This document shows, piece after piece, positions 41,701 through 56,200 of a stretch of 64,000 bases of DNA. Source of the DNA: the human T2T-CHM13v2.0 reference genome, Homo sapiens. The DNA lies in the NCBI RefSeq assembly GCF_009914755.1, contig NC_060927.1, one strand, 5' to 3'. A program made the translations under genes and the position numbers. The notes beneath the pieces are model-generated. The model was not told where the DNA came from. It did no database searches and saw only the letters and a list, made by a program, of their open reading frames with translations. How positions within the stretch are numbered: the first letter of the stretch is position 1; each line of letters opens with the position of its first letter.

Positions 41701-44700
41701 CAAACTGCTCTATGAAAAGAAAGGTTAAACACTGTGAGTTGAACACACACGTACCAAAGTAGTTTCTGAGAATGATTCTGTCTAGTTTGCATACGAAGAT
41801 ATTTCCTTTTCTACCAGTGGCCTCAAAGCTCTGAAATCTCCACTTGCAAATTCCACAAAAAGAGAGTTTCAAATCTGCTGTTTCTAAAGGAAAGTTCAAC
41901 TCGGAGAGTTGAATACACACCAGAAAAAGCAGTTACTGAGAAGTCTTCTGTCTAGCATTATATGAAGAAATCCCATTTCCAACGAAGACTTCAAAGAGGT
42001 CCAAATATCTACTTGCAGATTCTGCAAAAAGAGTGTTTCGAAACAACTGTATGAAAAGAAAGGTTAAACACTGTGAGTTGAACGCACACATTGCAAAGCA
42101 GTTTCTGAGAATGATTCCGTCTAATTATTATACGAAGGTATTTCCTTTTCTATCATTGGCCTCAAAGCGCTTGATACCTCCACCTGAAAATTCCACAAAA
42201 AGAGTGTTTCCAATCTACTCTGTCTAAAGGAACGTTCAACTCTGTGAGTTGAATACACACACACAGAAAGAATTCACTGAGAATTCTTCTGTCTGGCATT
42301 ACATGAAGAAATCCCGTTTCCAACGAAGGCCTCAAAGAGGTCCAAATATCCACTTGCAGATTCTGCAAAAAGAGTGTTTCAAAACCGCTCCATGAAAAGG
42401 AATGTTGAACTCTGTGAGTTGAATGCAAACATCACAACTCAGTTGCTGAGAATGCTTCTGACTAGATTTTATGGTAAGATATTTCCTTTTCTACCGTAGG
42501 CTTCAATGCCCTCTAAATACACCCTTGCAAATTCTACAAAGAGACTGTTTCATAACTGCTCTATAGGAAGAAAGGTTCAACTCTGTGAGTTGAATGCAGA
42601 GATCACAACGTGGTTTCTGCGAATGATTCTTTGTAGTTTTTACATGAAGATATTTCGTTGTCAACCGTAGGCTTCAAAGCACTCAAAGTATTCACTTGGA
42701 ACTTTTACAAAAAGAGTGTTAGAAAACTGCTCTTTCCAAAGTAAGGTTCAACTCTGTGAGTTGAATGCACACATAACAATCAAGAAGTTTCTGAGAATTC
42801 TTCTGTCCTGGTTTATATGAAAAAATCCCGTTTCCAACGAAGGCCTCAAAGACGTTTAAATATCCACTTGCAGACTTCACAAACAGAGTGTTTCCAAACT
42901 GCTCTATGAAAAGAAAGGTTAAACTCTGTGAGTTGAACGCACACATCACAAAGTAGTTTCTGAGAATGATACTGTCTAGTTTTTATACGAAGATATTTCC
43001 TTTCTACCATTGGCGTCAAAGAGCTAGAATTCTCCACTTGCAAATTCCACAAAAAGAGTGTTTCCAATCTGCTCTGTCTAAAGGAAGGTTCAACTCTGTG
43101 AGTTGAATACACACACACAAAGAAGCTACTGAGAATTCTTTTGTCAAGAATTATAAGAAGAAATCCCGTTTCCAATGAAGGCCTCAAAGAGTTCCAAATA
43201 TCCACTTGCACACTGCACAAACTAAGTCTTTCCAAACTGCTCTATGCAAAGAAATGTTCAACTCTGTGAGTTTAATACACACATCACAAAGCAGTTTCTG
43301 AGAATGATACTGTCTAGTTTTTATACGAAGATATTTCCTTTTGTACCATTGGCCTCATACTGCTAGAATTTTCCACTTGCAAATTCCACAAAAAGAGTGT
43401 TTCCAATCCGCTCTGTCTAAAGGAAGGTTCAACTCTCTGATTTGAATACATACATCCCAAAAGAAGTTACTGAGAATTCTTCTGTCTAGCATTATGTGAA
43501 GAAATCCCGTTTCCAACGAAAGCCTCAAAGAGGTCCAAATATCCAGTTGCAGAATTTACAAACTGACTGTTTCCAAACTCATCTATGAAAAGAAAGGTTA
43601 AACTCTGTGAGTTGAATGCACATATCACAAAGTAGTTCCTGAGAATGATTCTGTCTAGTTTTTATACGAAGATATTTCCTTTTCCACCAATGGCCTCAAA
43701 GTGCTTGAAATCTCCCCTTGCAAATTCCACAGACAAGTGTTTCAAATCTGCACTGTCTAAAGGAAGGTTCAACCCTGTGAGTTGAATACACACACACAGA
43801 AAAAAATTCACTGAGAATTCTATTCTCTATCAATACACGAAGAAATCCCGTTTACTACGAAGGCCTCAAAGAGGTCCAAATATCCAGCTGCAGACATTAC
43901 AAACTGAGTGTTTCCAAAGTGCTCTATGAAAAGAAGTGTTAAACACTGTGAGTTCAATGCACACATCCCAAAGCAGTTTCTGAGAATGATTCCGTCTATT
44001 TTTTCTACGAAGATATTTCCTTTTCTGCCGTTGGCCTCAAAGTGCTTGAAATCTCCACTTGCAAATTCCACAAAAAGAGTGTTTCAAATCTGCTCTGTCT
44101 AAAGGAAGGTTCAACTCTGTGAGTTGAATACACACCACAAAAAGAAGTTACTGAGAATTCTTCTGTCTAGCATTATATGAAAAATCCCGTTTCCAACGAA
44201 GGCCACAAAGAGGTCCAAATATCCACTTGCAGATTCTGCAAAAAGAGTGTTTCCAAACTGCTCTATGAAAAGAAACGTTAAACTCTGTGAGTTGAACGCA
44301 AACATCACAAAGTAGTTTCTGAGAATGACTCCGTCTAGTTTTTATATGAAGATATTTCCTTTCCTACCATTCACTTCAAAGCGCTTGAAGTCTCCCCCTG
44401 AAAATTCCACAAAAAGTGTTTCCAATCTGCTCCGCCTAAAGGAAGCTTCAACTCTGTGAGTTGAATACCCACAACCCAAAGAAGTTACTGAGAATTCTTC
44501 TGTCTAGCAGTATATGAAGAAATCCCGTTTCCAACGAAGGCCTCAAATACATCCAAATATCCAGTTGCTGACTTTACAAACTGAGTGTTTCCAAACTGCT
44601 CTATGAAAAGAAAGGTTAAACACTGTGAGTTGAACACACACGTACCAAAGTAGTTTCTGAGAATGATTCTGTCTAGTTTGCATACGAAGATATTTCCTTT

Positions 44701-46256
44701 TCTACCAGTGGCCTCAAAGCTCTGAAATCTCCACTTGCAAATTCCACAAAAAGAGAGTTTCAAATCTGCTGTTTCTAAAGGAAAGTTCAACTCGGAGAGT
44801 TGAATACACACCAGGAAAAGCAGTTACTGAGAAGTCTTCTGTCTAGCATTATATGAAGAAATCCCATTTCCAACGAAGACTTCAAAGAGGTCCAAATATC
44901 CACTTGCAGATTCTGCAAAAAGAGTGTTTCGAAACAACTGTATGAAAAGAAAGGTTAAACACTGTGAGGTGAGCGCACACATTGCAAAGCAGTTTCTGAG
45001 AATGATTCCGTCTAATTATTATACGAAGGTATTTCCTTTTCTATCATTGGCCTCAAAGCGCTTGATACCTCCACCTGAAAATTCCACAAAAAGAGTGTTT
45101 CCAATCTACTCTGTCTAAAGGAACGTTCAACTCTGTGAGTTGAATACACACACACAGAAAGAATTCACTGAGAATTCTTCTGTCTGGCATTACATGAAGA
45201 AATCCCGTTTCCAACGAAGGCCTCAAAGAGGTCCAAATATCCACTTGCAGATTCTGCAAAAAGAGTGTTTCAAAACCGCTCCATTAAAAGGAATGTTGAA
45301 CTCTGTGAGTTGAATGCAAACATCACAACTCAGTTGCTGAGAATGCTTCTGACTAGATTTTATGGTAAGATATTTCCTTTTCTACCGTAGGCTTCAATGC
45401 CCTCTAAATACACCCTTGCAAATTCTACAAAGAGACTGTTTCATAACTGCTCTATAGGAAGAAAGGTTCAACTCTGTGAGTTGAATGCAGAGATCACAAC
45501 GTGGTTTCTGCGAATGATTCTTTGTAGTTTTTACATGAAGATATTTCGTTGTCAACCGTAGGCTTCAAAGCACTCAAAGTATTCACTTGGAACTTTTACA
45601 AAAAGAGTGTTAGAAAACTGCTCTTTCCAAAGTAAGGTTCAACTCTGTGAGTTGAATGCACACATAACAATCAAGAAGTTTCTGAGAATTCTTCTGTCCT
45701 GGTTTATATGAAAAAATCCCGTTTCCAACGAAGGCCTCAAAGACGTTTAAATATCCACTTGCAGACTTCACAAACAGAGTGTTTCCAAACTGCTCTATGA
45801 AAAGAAAGGTTAAACTCTGTGAGTTGAACGCACACATCACAAAGTAGTTTCTGAGAATGATACTGTCTAGTTTTTATACGAAGATATTTCCTTTCTACCA
45901 TTGGCGTCAAAGCGCTAGAATTCTCCACTTGCAAATTCCACAAAAAGAGTGTTTCCAATCTGCTCTGTCTAAAGGAAGGTTCAACTCTGTGAGTTGAATA
46001 CACACACACAAAGAAGCTACTGAGAATTCTTTTGTCAAGAATTATAAGAAGAAATCCCGTTTCCAACGAAGGCCTCAAAGAGTTCCAAATATCCACTTGC
46101 ACACTGCACAAACTAAGTCTTTCCAAACTGCTCTATGCAAAGAAATGTTCAACTCTGTGAGTTTAATACACACATCACAAAGCAGTTTCTGAGAATGATA
46201 CTGTCTAGTTTTTATACGAACATATTTCCTTTTGTACCATTGGCCTCATACTGCTA

Positions 46257-49149
46257 GAATTTTCCACTTGCAAATTCCACAAAAAGAGTGTTTCCAATCC
46301 GCTCTGTCTAAAGGAAGGTTCAACTCTCTGATTTGAATACATACATCCCAAAAGAAGTTACTGAGAATTCTTCTGTCTAGCATTATGTGAAGAAATCCCG
46401 TTTCCAACGAAAGCCTCAAAGAGGTCCAAATATCCAGTTGCAGAATTTACAAACTGACTGTTTCCAAACTCATCTATGAAAAGAAAGGTTAAACTCTGTG
46501 AGTTGAATGCACATATCACAAAGTAGTTCCTCAGAATGATTCTGTCTAGTTTTTATACGAAGATATTTCCTTTTCCACCAATGGCCTCAAAGTGCTTGAA
46601 ATCTCCCCTTGCAAATTCCACAGACAAGTGTTTCAAATCTGCACTGTCTAAAGGAAGGTTCAACCCTGTGAGTTGAATACACACACACACAGAAACAAAT
46701 TCACTGAGAATTCTATTGTCTATCATTACACGAAGAAATCCCGTTTACTACGAAGGCCTCAAAGAGGTCCAAATATCCAGCTGCAGACATTACAAACTGA
46801 GTGTTTCCAAAGTGCTCTATGAAAAGAAGTGTTAAACACTGTGAGTTCAATGCACACATCCCAAAGCAGTTTCTGAGAATGATTCCGTCTATTTTTTCTA
46901 CGAAGATATTTCCTTTTCTACCGTTGGCCTCAAAGCGCTTGAAATCTCCACTTGCAAATTCCACAAAAAGAGAGTTTCAAATCTGCTCTGTCTAAAGGAA
47001 GGTTCAACTCTGTGAGTTGAATACACACCACAAAAAGAAGTTACTGAGAATTCTTCTGTCTAGCATTATATGAAAAATCCCGTTTCCAACGAAGGCCACA
47101 AAGAGGTCCAAATATCCACTTGCAGATTCTGCAAAAAGAGTGTTTCCAAACTGCTCTATGAAAAGAAACGTTAAACTCTGTGAGTTGAACGCAAACATCA
47201 CAAAGTAGTTTCTGAGAATGACTCCGTCTAGTTTTTATACGAAGATATTTCCTTTCCTACCATTCACTTCAAAGCGCTTGAAGTCTCCCCCTGAAAATTC
47301 CACAAAAAGTGTTTCCAATCTGCTCCGCCTAAAGGAAGCTTCAACTCTGTGAGTTGAATACCCACAACCCAAAGAAGTTACTGAGAAATCTTCTGTCTAG
47401 CATTATATGAAGAAATCCCGTTTCCAACGAAGGCCTCAAATATATCCAAATATCCAGATGCTGACTTTACAAACTGAGTGTTTCCAAACTGCTCTATGAA
47501 AAGAAAGGTTAAACACTGTGAGTTGAACACACACGTACCAAAGTAGTTTCTGAGAATGATTCTGTCTAGTTTGCATACGAAGATATTTCCTTTTCTACCA
47601 GTGGCCTCAAAGCTCTGAAATCTCCACTTGCAAATTCCACAAAAAGAGAGTTTCAAATCTGCTGTTTCTAAAGGAAAGTTCAACTCTGAGAGTTGAATAC
47701 ACACCAGAAAAAGCAGTTACTGAGAAGTCTTCTCTCTAGCATTATATGAAGAAATCCCATTTCCAACGAAGACTTCAAAGAGGTCCAAATATCCACTTGC
47801 AGATTCTGCAAAAAGAGTGTTTCGAAACAACTGTATGAAAAGAAAGGTTAAACACTGTGAGTTGAACGCACACATTGCAAAGCAGTTTCTGAGAATGATT
47901 CCGTCTAATTATTATACGAAGGTATTTCCTTTTCTATCATTGGCCTCAAAGCGCTTGATACCTCCACCTGAAAATTCCACAAACAGAGTGTTTCCAATCT
48001 ACTCTGTCTAAAGGAACATTCAACTCTGTGAGTTGAATACACACACACAGAAAGAATTCACTGAGAATTCTTCTGTCTGACATTACATGAAGAAATCCCG
48101 TTTCCAACGAAGGCCTCAAAGAGGTCCAAATATCCACTTGCAGATTCTGCAAAAAGAGTGTTTCAAAACCGCTCTATTAAAAGGAATGTTGAACTCTGTG
48201 AGTTGAATGCAAACATCACAACTCAGTTTCTGAGAATGCTTCTGACTAGATTTTATGGTAAGATATTTCCTTTTCTACCGTAGGCTTCAATGCCCTCTAA
48301 ATACACCCTTGCAAATTCTACAAAGAGACTGTTTCATAACTGCTCTATAGGAAGAAAGGTTGAACTCTGTGAGTTGAATGCAGAGATCACAACGTGGTTT
48401 CTGCGAATGATTCTTTGTAGTTTTTACATGAAGATATTTCGTTGTCAACCGTAGGCTTCAAAGCACTCAAAGTATTCACTTGGAACTTTTACAAAAAGAG
48501 TGTTAGAAAACTGCTCTTTCCAAAGTAAGGTTCAACTCTGTGAGTTGAATGCACACATAACAATCAAGAAGTTTCTGAGAATTCTTCTGTCCTGGTTTAT
48601 ATGAAAAAATCCCGTTTCCAACGAAGGCCTCAAAGACGTTTAAATATCCACTTGCAGACTTCACAAACAGAGTGTTTCCAAACTGCTCTATGAAAAGAAA
48701 GGTTAAACTCTGTGAGTTGAACGCACACATCACAAAGTAGTTTCTGAGAATGATACTGTCTAGTTTTTATACGAAGATATTTCCTTTCTACCATTGGCGT
48801 CAAAGCGCTAGAATTCTCCACTTGCAAATTCCACAAAAAGAGTGTTTCCAATCTGCTCTGTCTAAAGGAAGGTTCAACTCTGTGAGTTGAATACACACAC
48901 ACAAAGAAGCTACTGAGAATTCTTTTGTCAAGAATTATAAGAAGAAATCCCGTTTCCAACGAAGGCCTCAAAGAGTTCCAAATATCCACTTGCACACTGT
49001 ACAAACTAAGTCTTTCCAAACTGCTCTATGCAAAGAAATGTTCAACTCTGTGAGTTTAATACACACATCACAAAGCAGTTTCTGAGAATGATACTGTCTA
49101 GTTTTTATACGAAGATATTTCCTTTTGTACCATTGGCCTCATACTGCTA
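46257..49149 (-). repeat. HOR copy 17, 2893 bp (2-bp CA expansion at about 46680-46691)
   Basis: The ORF period shifts 43820->46713 (2893); the tract is (ca)6 instead of (ca)5 after gttgaata. Confidence 0.95.
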
Positions 49150-50279
49150 GAATTTTCCACTTGCAAATTCCACAAAAAGAGTGTTTCCAATCCGCTCTGT
49201 CTAAAGGAAGGTTCAACTCTCTGAGTTGAATACATACATCCCAAAAGAAGTTACTGAGAATTCTTCTGTCTAGCATTATGTGAAGAAATCCCGTTTCCAA
49301 CGAAAGCCTCAAAGAGGTCCAAATATACAGTTGCAGAATTTACAAACTGACTGTTTCCAAACTCATCTATGAAAAGAAAGGTTAAACTCTGTGAGTTGAA
49401 TGCACATATCACAAAGTAGTTCCTGAGAATGATTCTGTCTAGTTTTTATACGAAGATATTTGCTTTTCCACCAATGGCCTCAAAGTGCTTGAAATCTCCC
49501 CTTGCAAATTCCACAGACAAGTGTTTCAAATCTGCACTGTCTAAAGGAAGGTTCAACCCTGTGAGTTGAATACACACACACAGAAACAAATTCACTGAGA
49601 ATTCTATTGTCTATCATTACACGAAGAAATCCCGTTTACTACGAAGGCCTCAAAGAGGTCCAAATATCCAGCTGCAGACATTACAAACTGAGTGTTTCCA
49701 AAGTGCTCTATGAAAAGAAGTGTTAAACACTGTGAGTTCAATGCACACATCCCAAAGCAGTTTCTGAGAATGATTCCGTCTATTTTTTCTACGAAGATAT
49801 TTCCTTTTCTACCGTTGGCCTCAAAGCGCTTGAAATCTCCACTTGCAAATTCCACAAAAAGAGAGTTTCAAATCTGCTCTGTCTAAAGGAAGGTTCAACT
49901 CTGTGAGTTGAATGCACACGACAAAAAGAAGTTACTGAGAATTCTTCTGTCTAGCATTATATGAAAAATCCCGTTTCCAACGAAGGCCACAAAGAGGTCC
50001 AAATATCCACTTGCAGATTCTGCAAAAAGAGTGTTTCCAAACTGCTCTATGAAAAGAAACGTTAAACTCTGTGAGTTGAACGCAAACATCACAAAGTAGT
50101 TTCTGAGAATGGCTCCGTCTAGTTTTTATACGAAGATATTTCCTTTCCTACCGTTCACTTCAAAGCGCTTGAAGTCTCCCCCTGAAAATTCCACAAAAAG
50201 TGTTTCCAATCTGCTCCGCCTAAAGGAAGCTTCAACTCTGTGAGTTGATTACCCACAACCCAAAGAAGTTACTGAGAAA

Positions 50280-53200
50280 TCTTCTGTCTAGCATTATATG
50301 AAGAAATCCCGTTTCCAACGAAGGCCTCAAATACATCCAAATATCCAGTTGCTGACTTTACAAACTGAGTGTTTCCAAACTGCTCTATGAAAAGAAAGGT
50401 TAAACACTGTGAGTTGAACACACACGTACCAAAGTAGTTTCTGAGAATGATTCTGTCTAGTTTGCATACGAAGATATTTCCTTTTCTACCATTGGCCTCA
50501 AAGCTCTGAAATCTCCACTTGCAAATTCCACAAAAAGAGAGTTTCAAATCTGCTGTTTCTAAAGGAAAGTTCAACTCTGAGAGTTGAATACACACCAGAA
50601 AAAGCAGTTACTGAGAAGTCTTCTGTCTAGCATTATATGAAGAAATCCCATTTCCAACGAAGACTTCAAAGATGTCCAAATATCCACTTGCAGATTCTGC
50701 AAAAAGAGTGTTTCGAAACAACTGTATGAAAAGAAAGGTTAAACACTGTGAGTTGAACGCACACATTGCAAAGCAGTTTCTGAGAATGATTCCGTCTAAT
50801 TATTATACGAAGGTATTTCCTTTTCTATCATTGGCCTCAAAGCGCTTGATACGTCCACCTGAAAATTCCACAAAAAGAGTGTTTCCAATCTACTCTGTCT
50901 AAAGGAACGTTCAACTCTGTGAGTTGAATACACACACACAGAAAGAATTCACTGAGAATTCTTCTGTCTGGCATTACATGAAGAAATCCCGTTTCCAACG
51001 AAGGCCTCAAAGAGGTCCAAATATCCACTTGCAGATTCTGCAAAAAGAGTGTTTCAAAACCGCTCCATTAAAAGGAATGTTGAACTCTGTGAGTTGAATG
51101 CAAACATCACAACTCAGTTTCTGAGAATGCTTCTGACTAGATTTTATGGTAAGATATTTCCTTTTCTACCGTAGGCTTCAATGCCCTCTAAATACACCCT
51201 TGCAAATTCTACAAAGAGACTGTTTCATAACTGCTCTATAGGAAGAAAGGTTCAACTCTGTGAGTTGAATGCAGAGATCACAACGTGGTTTCTGCGAATG
51301 ATTCTTTGTAGTTTTTACATGAAGATATTTCGTTGTCAACCGTAGGCTTCAAAGCACTCAAAGTATTCACTTGGAACTTTTACAAAAAGAGTGTTAGAAA
51401 ACTGCTCTTTCCAAAGTAAGGTTCAACTCTGTGAGTTGAATGCACACATAACAATCAAGAAGTTTCTGAGAATTCTTCTGTCCTGGTTTATATGAACAAA
51501 TCCCGTTTCCAACGAAGGCCTCAAAGACGTTTAAATATCCACTTGCAGACTTCACAAACAGAGTGTTTCCAAACTGCTCTATGAAAAGAAAGGTTAAACT
51601 CTGTGAGTTGAACGCACACATCACAAAGTAGTTTCTGAGAATGATACTGTCTAGTTTTTATACGAAGATATTTCCTTTCTACCATTGGCGTCAAAGCGCT
51701 AGAATTCTCCACTTGCAAATTCCACAAAAAGAGTGTTTCCAATCTGCTCTGTCTAAAGGAAGGTTCAACTCTGTGAGTTGAATACACACACACAAAGAAG
51801 CTACTGAGAATTCTTTTGTCAAGAATTATAAGAAGAAATCCCGTTTCCAACGAAGGCCTCAAAGAGTTCCAAATATCCACTTGCACACTGCACAAACTAA
51901 GTCTTTCCAAACTGCTCTATGCAAAGAAATGTTCAACTCTGTGAGTTTAATACACACATCACAAAGCAGTTTCTGAGAATGATACTGTCTAGTTTTTATA
52001 CGAAGATATTTCCTTTTGTACCATTGGCCTCATACTGCTAGAATTTTCCACTTGCAAATTCCACAAAGAGAGTGTTTCCAATCCGCTCTGTCTAAGGGAA
52101 GGTTCAACTCTCTGATTTGAATACATACATCCCAAAAGAAGTTACTGAGAATTCTTCTGTCTAGCATTATGTGAAGAAATCCTGTTTCCAAAGAAAGCCT
52201 CTAAGAGGTCCAAATATCCAGTTGCAGAATTTACAAACTGACTGTTTCCAAACTCATCTATGAAAAGAAAGGTTAAACTGTGTGAGTTGAATGCACATAT
52301 CACAAAGTAGTTCCTGAGAATGATTCTGTCTATTTTTTATACGAAGATATTTCCTTTTCCACCAATGGCCTCAAAGTGCTTGAAATCTCCCCTTGCAAAT
52401 TCCACAGACTAGTGTTTCAAATCTGCACTGTCTAAAGGAAGGTTCAACCCTGTGAGTTGAATACACACACACAGAAAAAAATTCACTGAGAATTCTATTG
52501 TGTATCATTACACGAAGAAATCCCGTTTACTACCAAGGCCTCAAAGAGGCCCAAATATCCAGCTGCAGACATTACAAACTGAGTGTTTCCAAAGTGCTCT
52601 ATGAAAAGAAGTGTTAAACACTGTGAGTTCAATACACACATCCCAAAGCAGTTTCTGAGAATGATTCCGTCTATTTTTTCTACGAAGATATTTCCTTTTC
52701 TACCGTTGGCCTCAAAGCGCTTGAAATCTCCACTTGCAAATTCCACAAAAAGAGATTTTCAAATCTGCTCTGTCTAAAGGAAGGTTCAACTCTGTGAGTT
52801 GAATACACACCACAAAAAGAAGTTACTGAGAATTCTTCTGTCTAGCATTATATGAAAAATCCCGTTTCCAACGAAGGCCACAAAGAGGTCCAAATATCCA
52901 CTTGCAGATTCTGCAAAAAGAGTGTTTCCAAACTGCTCTATGAAAAGAAACGTTAAACTCTGTGAGTTGAACGCAAACATCACAAAGTAGTTTCTGAGAA
53001 TGACTCCGTCTAGTTTTTATATGAAGATATTTCCTTTTCTACCATTCACTTCAAAGCGCTTGAAGTCTCCCCCTGAAAATTCCACAAAAAGTGTTTCCAA
53101 TCTGCTCCGCCTAAAGGAAGCTTCAAATCTGTGAGTTGAATACCCACAACCCAAAGAAGTTACTGAGAATTCTTCTGTCTAGCATTATATGAAGAAATCC

Positions 53201-56200
53201 CGTTTCCAACGAAGGCCTCAAATACATCCAAATATCCAGTTGCTGACTTTACAAACTGAGTGTTTCCAAACTGCTCTATGAAAAGAAAGGTTAAACACTG
53301 TGAGTTGAACACACACGTACCAAAGTAGTTTCTGAGAATGATTCTGTCTAGTTTGCATACGAAGATATTTCCTTTTCTACCATTGGCCTCAAAGCTCTGA
53401 AATCTCCACTTGCAAATTCCACAAAAAGAGAGTTTCAAATCTGCTGTTTCTAAAGGAAAGTTCAACTCTGAGAGTTGAATACACACCAGAAAAAGCAGTT
53501 ACTGAGAAGTCTTCTGTCTAGCATTATATGAAGAAATCCCATTTCCAACGAAGACTTCAAAGATGTCCAAATATCCACTTGCAGATTCTGCAAAAAGAGT
53601 GTTTCGAAACAACTGTATGAAAAGAAAGGTTAAACACTGTGAGTTGAACGCACACATTGCAAAGCAGTTTCTGAGAATGATTCCGTCTAATTATTATACG
53701 AAGGTATTTCCTTTTCTATCATTGGCCTCAAAGCGCTTGATACGTCCACCTGAAAATTCCACAAAAAGAGTGTTTCCAATCTACTCTGTCTAAAGGAACG
53801 TTCAACTCTGTGAGTTGAATACACACACACAGAAAGAATTCACTGAGAATTCTTCTGTCTGGCATTACATGAAGAAATCCCGTTTCCAACGAAGGCCTCA
53901 AAGAGGTCCAAATATCCACTTGCAGATTCTGCAAAAAGAGTGTTTCAAAACCGCTCCATTAAAAGGAATGTTGAACTCTGTGAGTTGAATGCAAACATCA
54001 CAACTCAGTTTCTGAGAATGCTTCTGACTAGATTTTATGGTAAGATATTTCCTTTTCTACCGTAGGCTTCAATGCCCTCTAAATACACCCTTGCAAATTC
54101 TACAAAGAGACTGTTTCATAACTGCTCTATAGGAAGAAAGGTTCAACTCTGTGAGTTGAATGCAGAGATCACAACGTGGTTTCTGCGAATGATTCTTTGT
54201 AGTTTTTACATGAAGATATTTCGTTGTCAACCGTAGGCTTCAAAGCACTCAAAGTATTCACTTGGAACTTTTACAAAAAGAGTGTTAGAAAACTGCTCTT
54301 TCCAAAGTAAGGTTCAACTCTGTGAGTTGAATGCACACATAACAATCAAGAAGTTTCTGAGAATTCTTCTGTCCTGGTTTATATGAACAAATCCCGTTTC
54401 CAACGAAGGCCTCAAAGACGTTTAAATATCCACTTGCAGACTTCACAAACAGAGTGTTTCCAAACTGCTCTATGAAAAGAAAGGTTAAACTCTGTGAGTT
54501 GAACGCACACATCACAAAGTAGTTTCTGAGAATGATACTGTCTAGTTTTTATACGAAGATATTTCCTTTCTACCATTGGCGTCAAAGCGCTAGAATTCTC
54601 CACTTGCAAATTCCACAAAAAGAGTGTTTCCAATCTGCTCTGTCTAAAGGAAGGTTCAACTCTGTGAGTTGAATACACACACACAAAGAAGCTACTGAGA
54701 ATTCTTTTGTCAAGAATTATAAGAAGAAATCCCGTTTCCAACGAAGGCCTCAAAGAGTTCCAAATATCCACTTGCACACTGCACAAACTAAGTCTTTCCA
54801 AACTGCTCTATGCAAAGAAATGTTCAACTCTGTGAGTTTAATACACACATCACAAAGCAGTTTCTGAGAATGATACTGTCTAGTTTTTATACGAAGATAT
54901 TTCCTTTTGTACCATTGGCCTCATACTGCTAGAATTTTCCACTTGCAAATTCCACAAAGAGAGTGTTTCCAATCCGCTCTGTCTAAGGGAAGGTTCAACT
55001 CTCTGATTTGAATACATACATCCCAAAAGAAGTTACTGAGAATTCTTCTGTCTAGCATTATGTGAAGAAATCCTGTTTCCAAAGAAAGCCTCTAAGAGGT
55101 CCAAATATCCAGTTGCAGAATTTACAAACTGACTGTTTCCAAACTCATCTATGAAAAGAAAGGTTAAACTGTGTGAGTTGAATGCACATATCACAAAGTA
55201 GTTCCTGAGAATGATTCTGTCTATTTTTTATACGAAGATATTTCCTTTTCCACCAATGGCCTCAAAGTGCTTGAAATCTCCCCTTGCAAATTCCACAGAC
55301 TAGTGTTTCAAATCTGCACTGTCTAAAGGAAGGTTCAACCCTGTGAGTTGAATACACACACACAGAAAAAAATTCACTGAGAATTCTATTGTGTATCATT
55401 ACACGAAGAAATCCCGTTTACTACCAAGGCCTCAAAGAGGCCCAAATATCCAGCTGCAGACATTACAAACTGAGTGTTTCCAAAGTGCTCTATGAAAAGA
55501 AGTGTTAAACACTGTGAGTTCAATACACACATCCCAAAGCAGTTTCTGAGAATGATTCCGTCTATTTTTTCTACGAAGATATTTCCTTTTCTACCGTTGG
55601 CCTCAAAGCGCTTGAAATCTCCACTTGCAAATTCCACAAAAAGAGATTTTCAAATCTGCTCTGTCTAAAGGAAGGTTCAACTCTGTGAGTTGAATACACA
55701 CCACAAAAAGAAGTTACTGAGAATTCTTCTGTCTAGCATTATATGAAAAATCCCGTTTCCAACGAAGGCCACAAAGAGGTCCAAATATCCACTTGCAGAT
55801 TCTGCAAAAAGAGTGTTTCCAAACTGCTCTATGAAAAGAAACGTTAAACTCTGTGAGTTGAACGCAAACATCACAAAGTAGTTTCTGAGAATGACTCCGT
55901 CTAGTTTTTATATGAAGATATTTCCTTTTCTACCATTCACTTCAAAGCGCTTGAAGTCTCCCCCTGAAAATTCCACAAAAAGTGTTTCCAATCTGCTCCG
56001 CCTAAAGGAAGCTTCAAATCTGTGAGTTGAATACCCACAACCCAAAGAAGTTACTGAGAATTCTTCTGTCTAGCATTATATGAAGAAATCCCGTTTCCAA
56101 CGAAGGCCTCAAATACATCCAAATATCCAGTTGCTGACTTTACAAACTGAGTGTTTCCAAACTGCTCTATGAAAAGAAAGGTTAAACACTGTGAGTTGAA

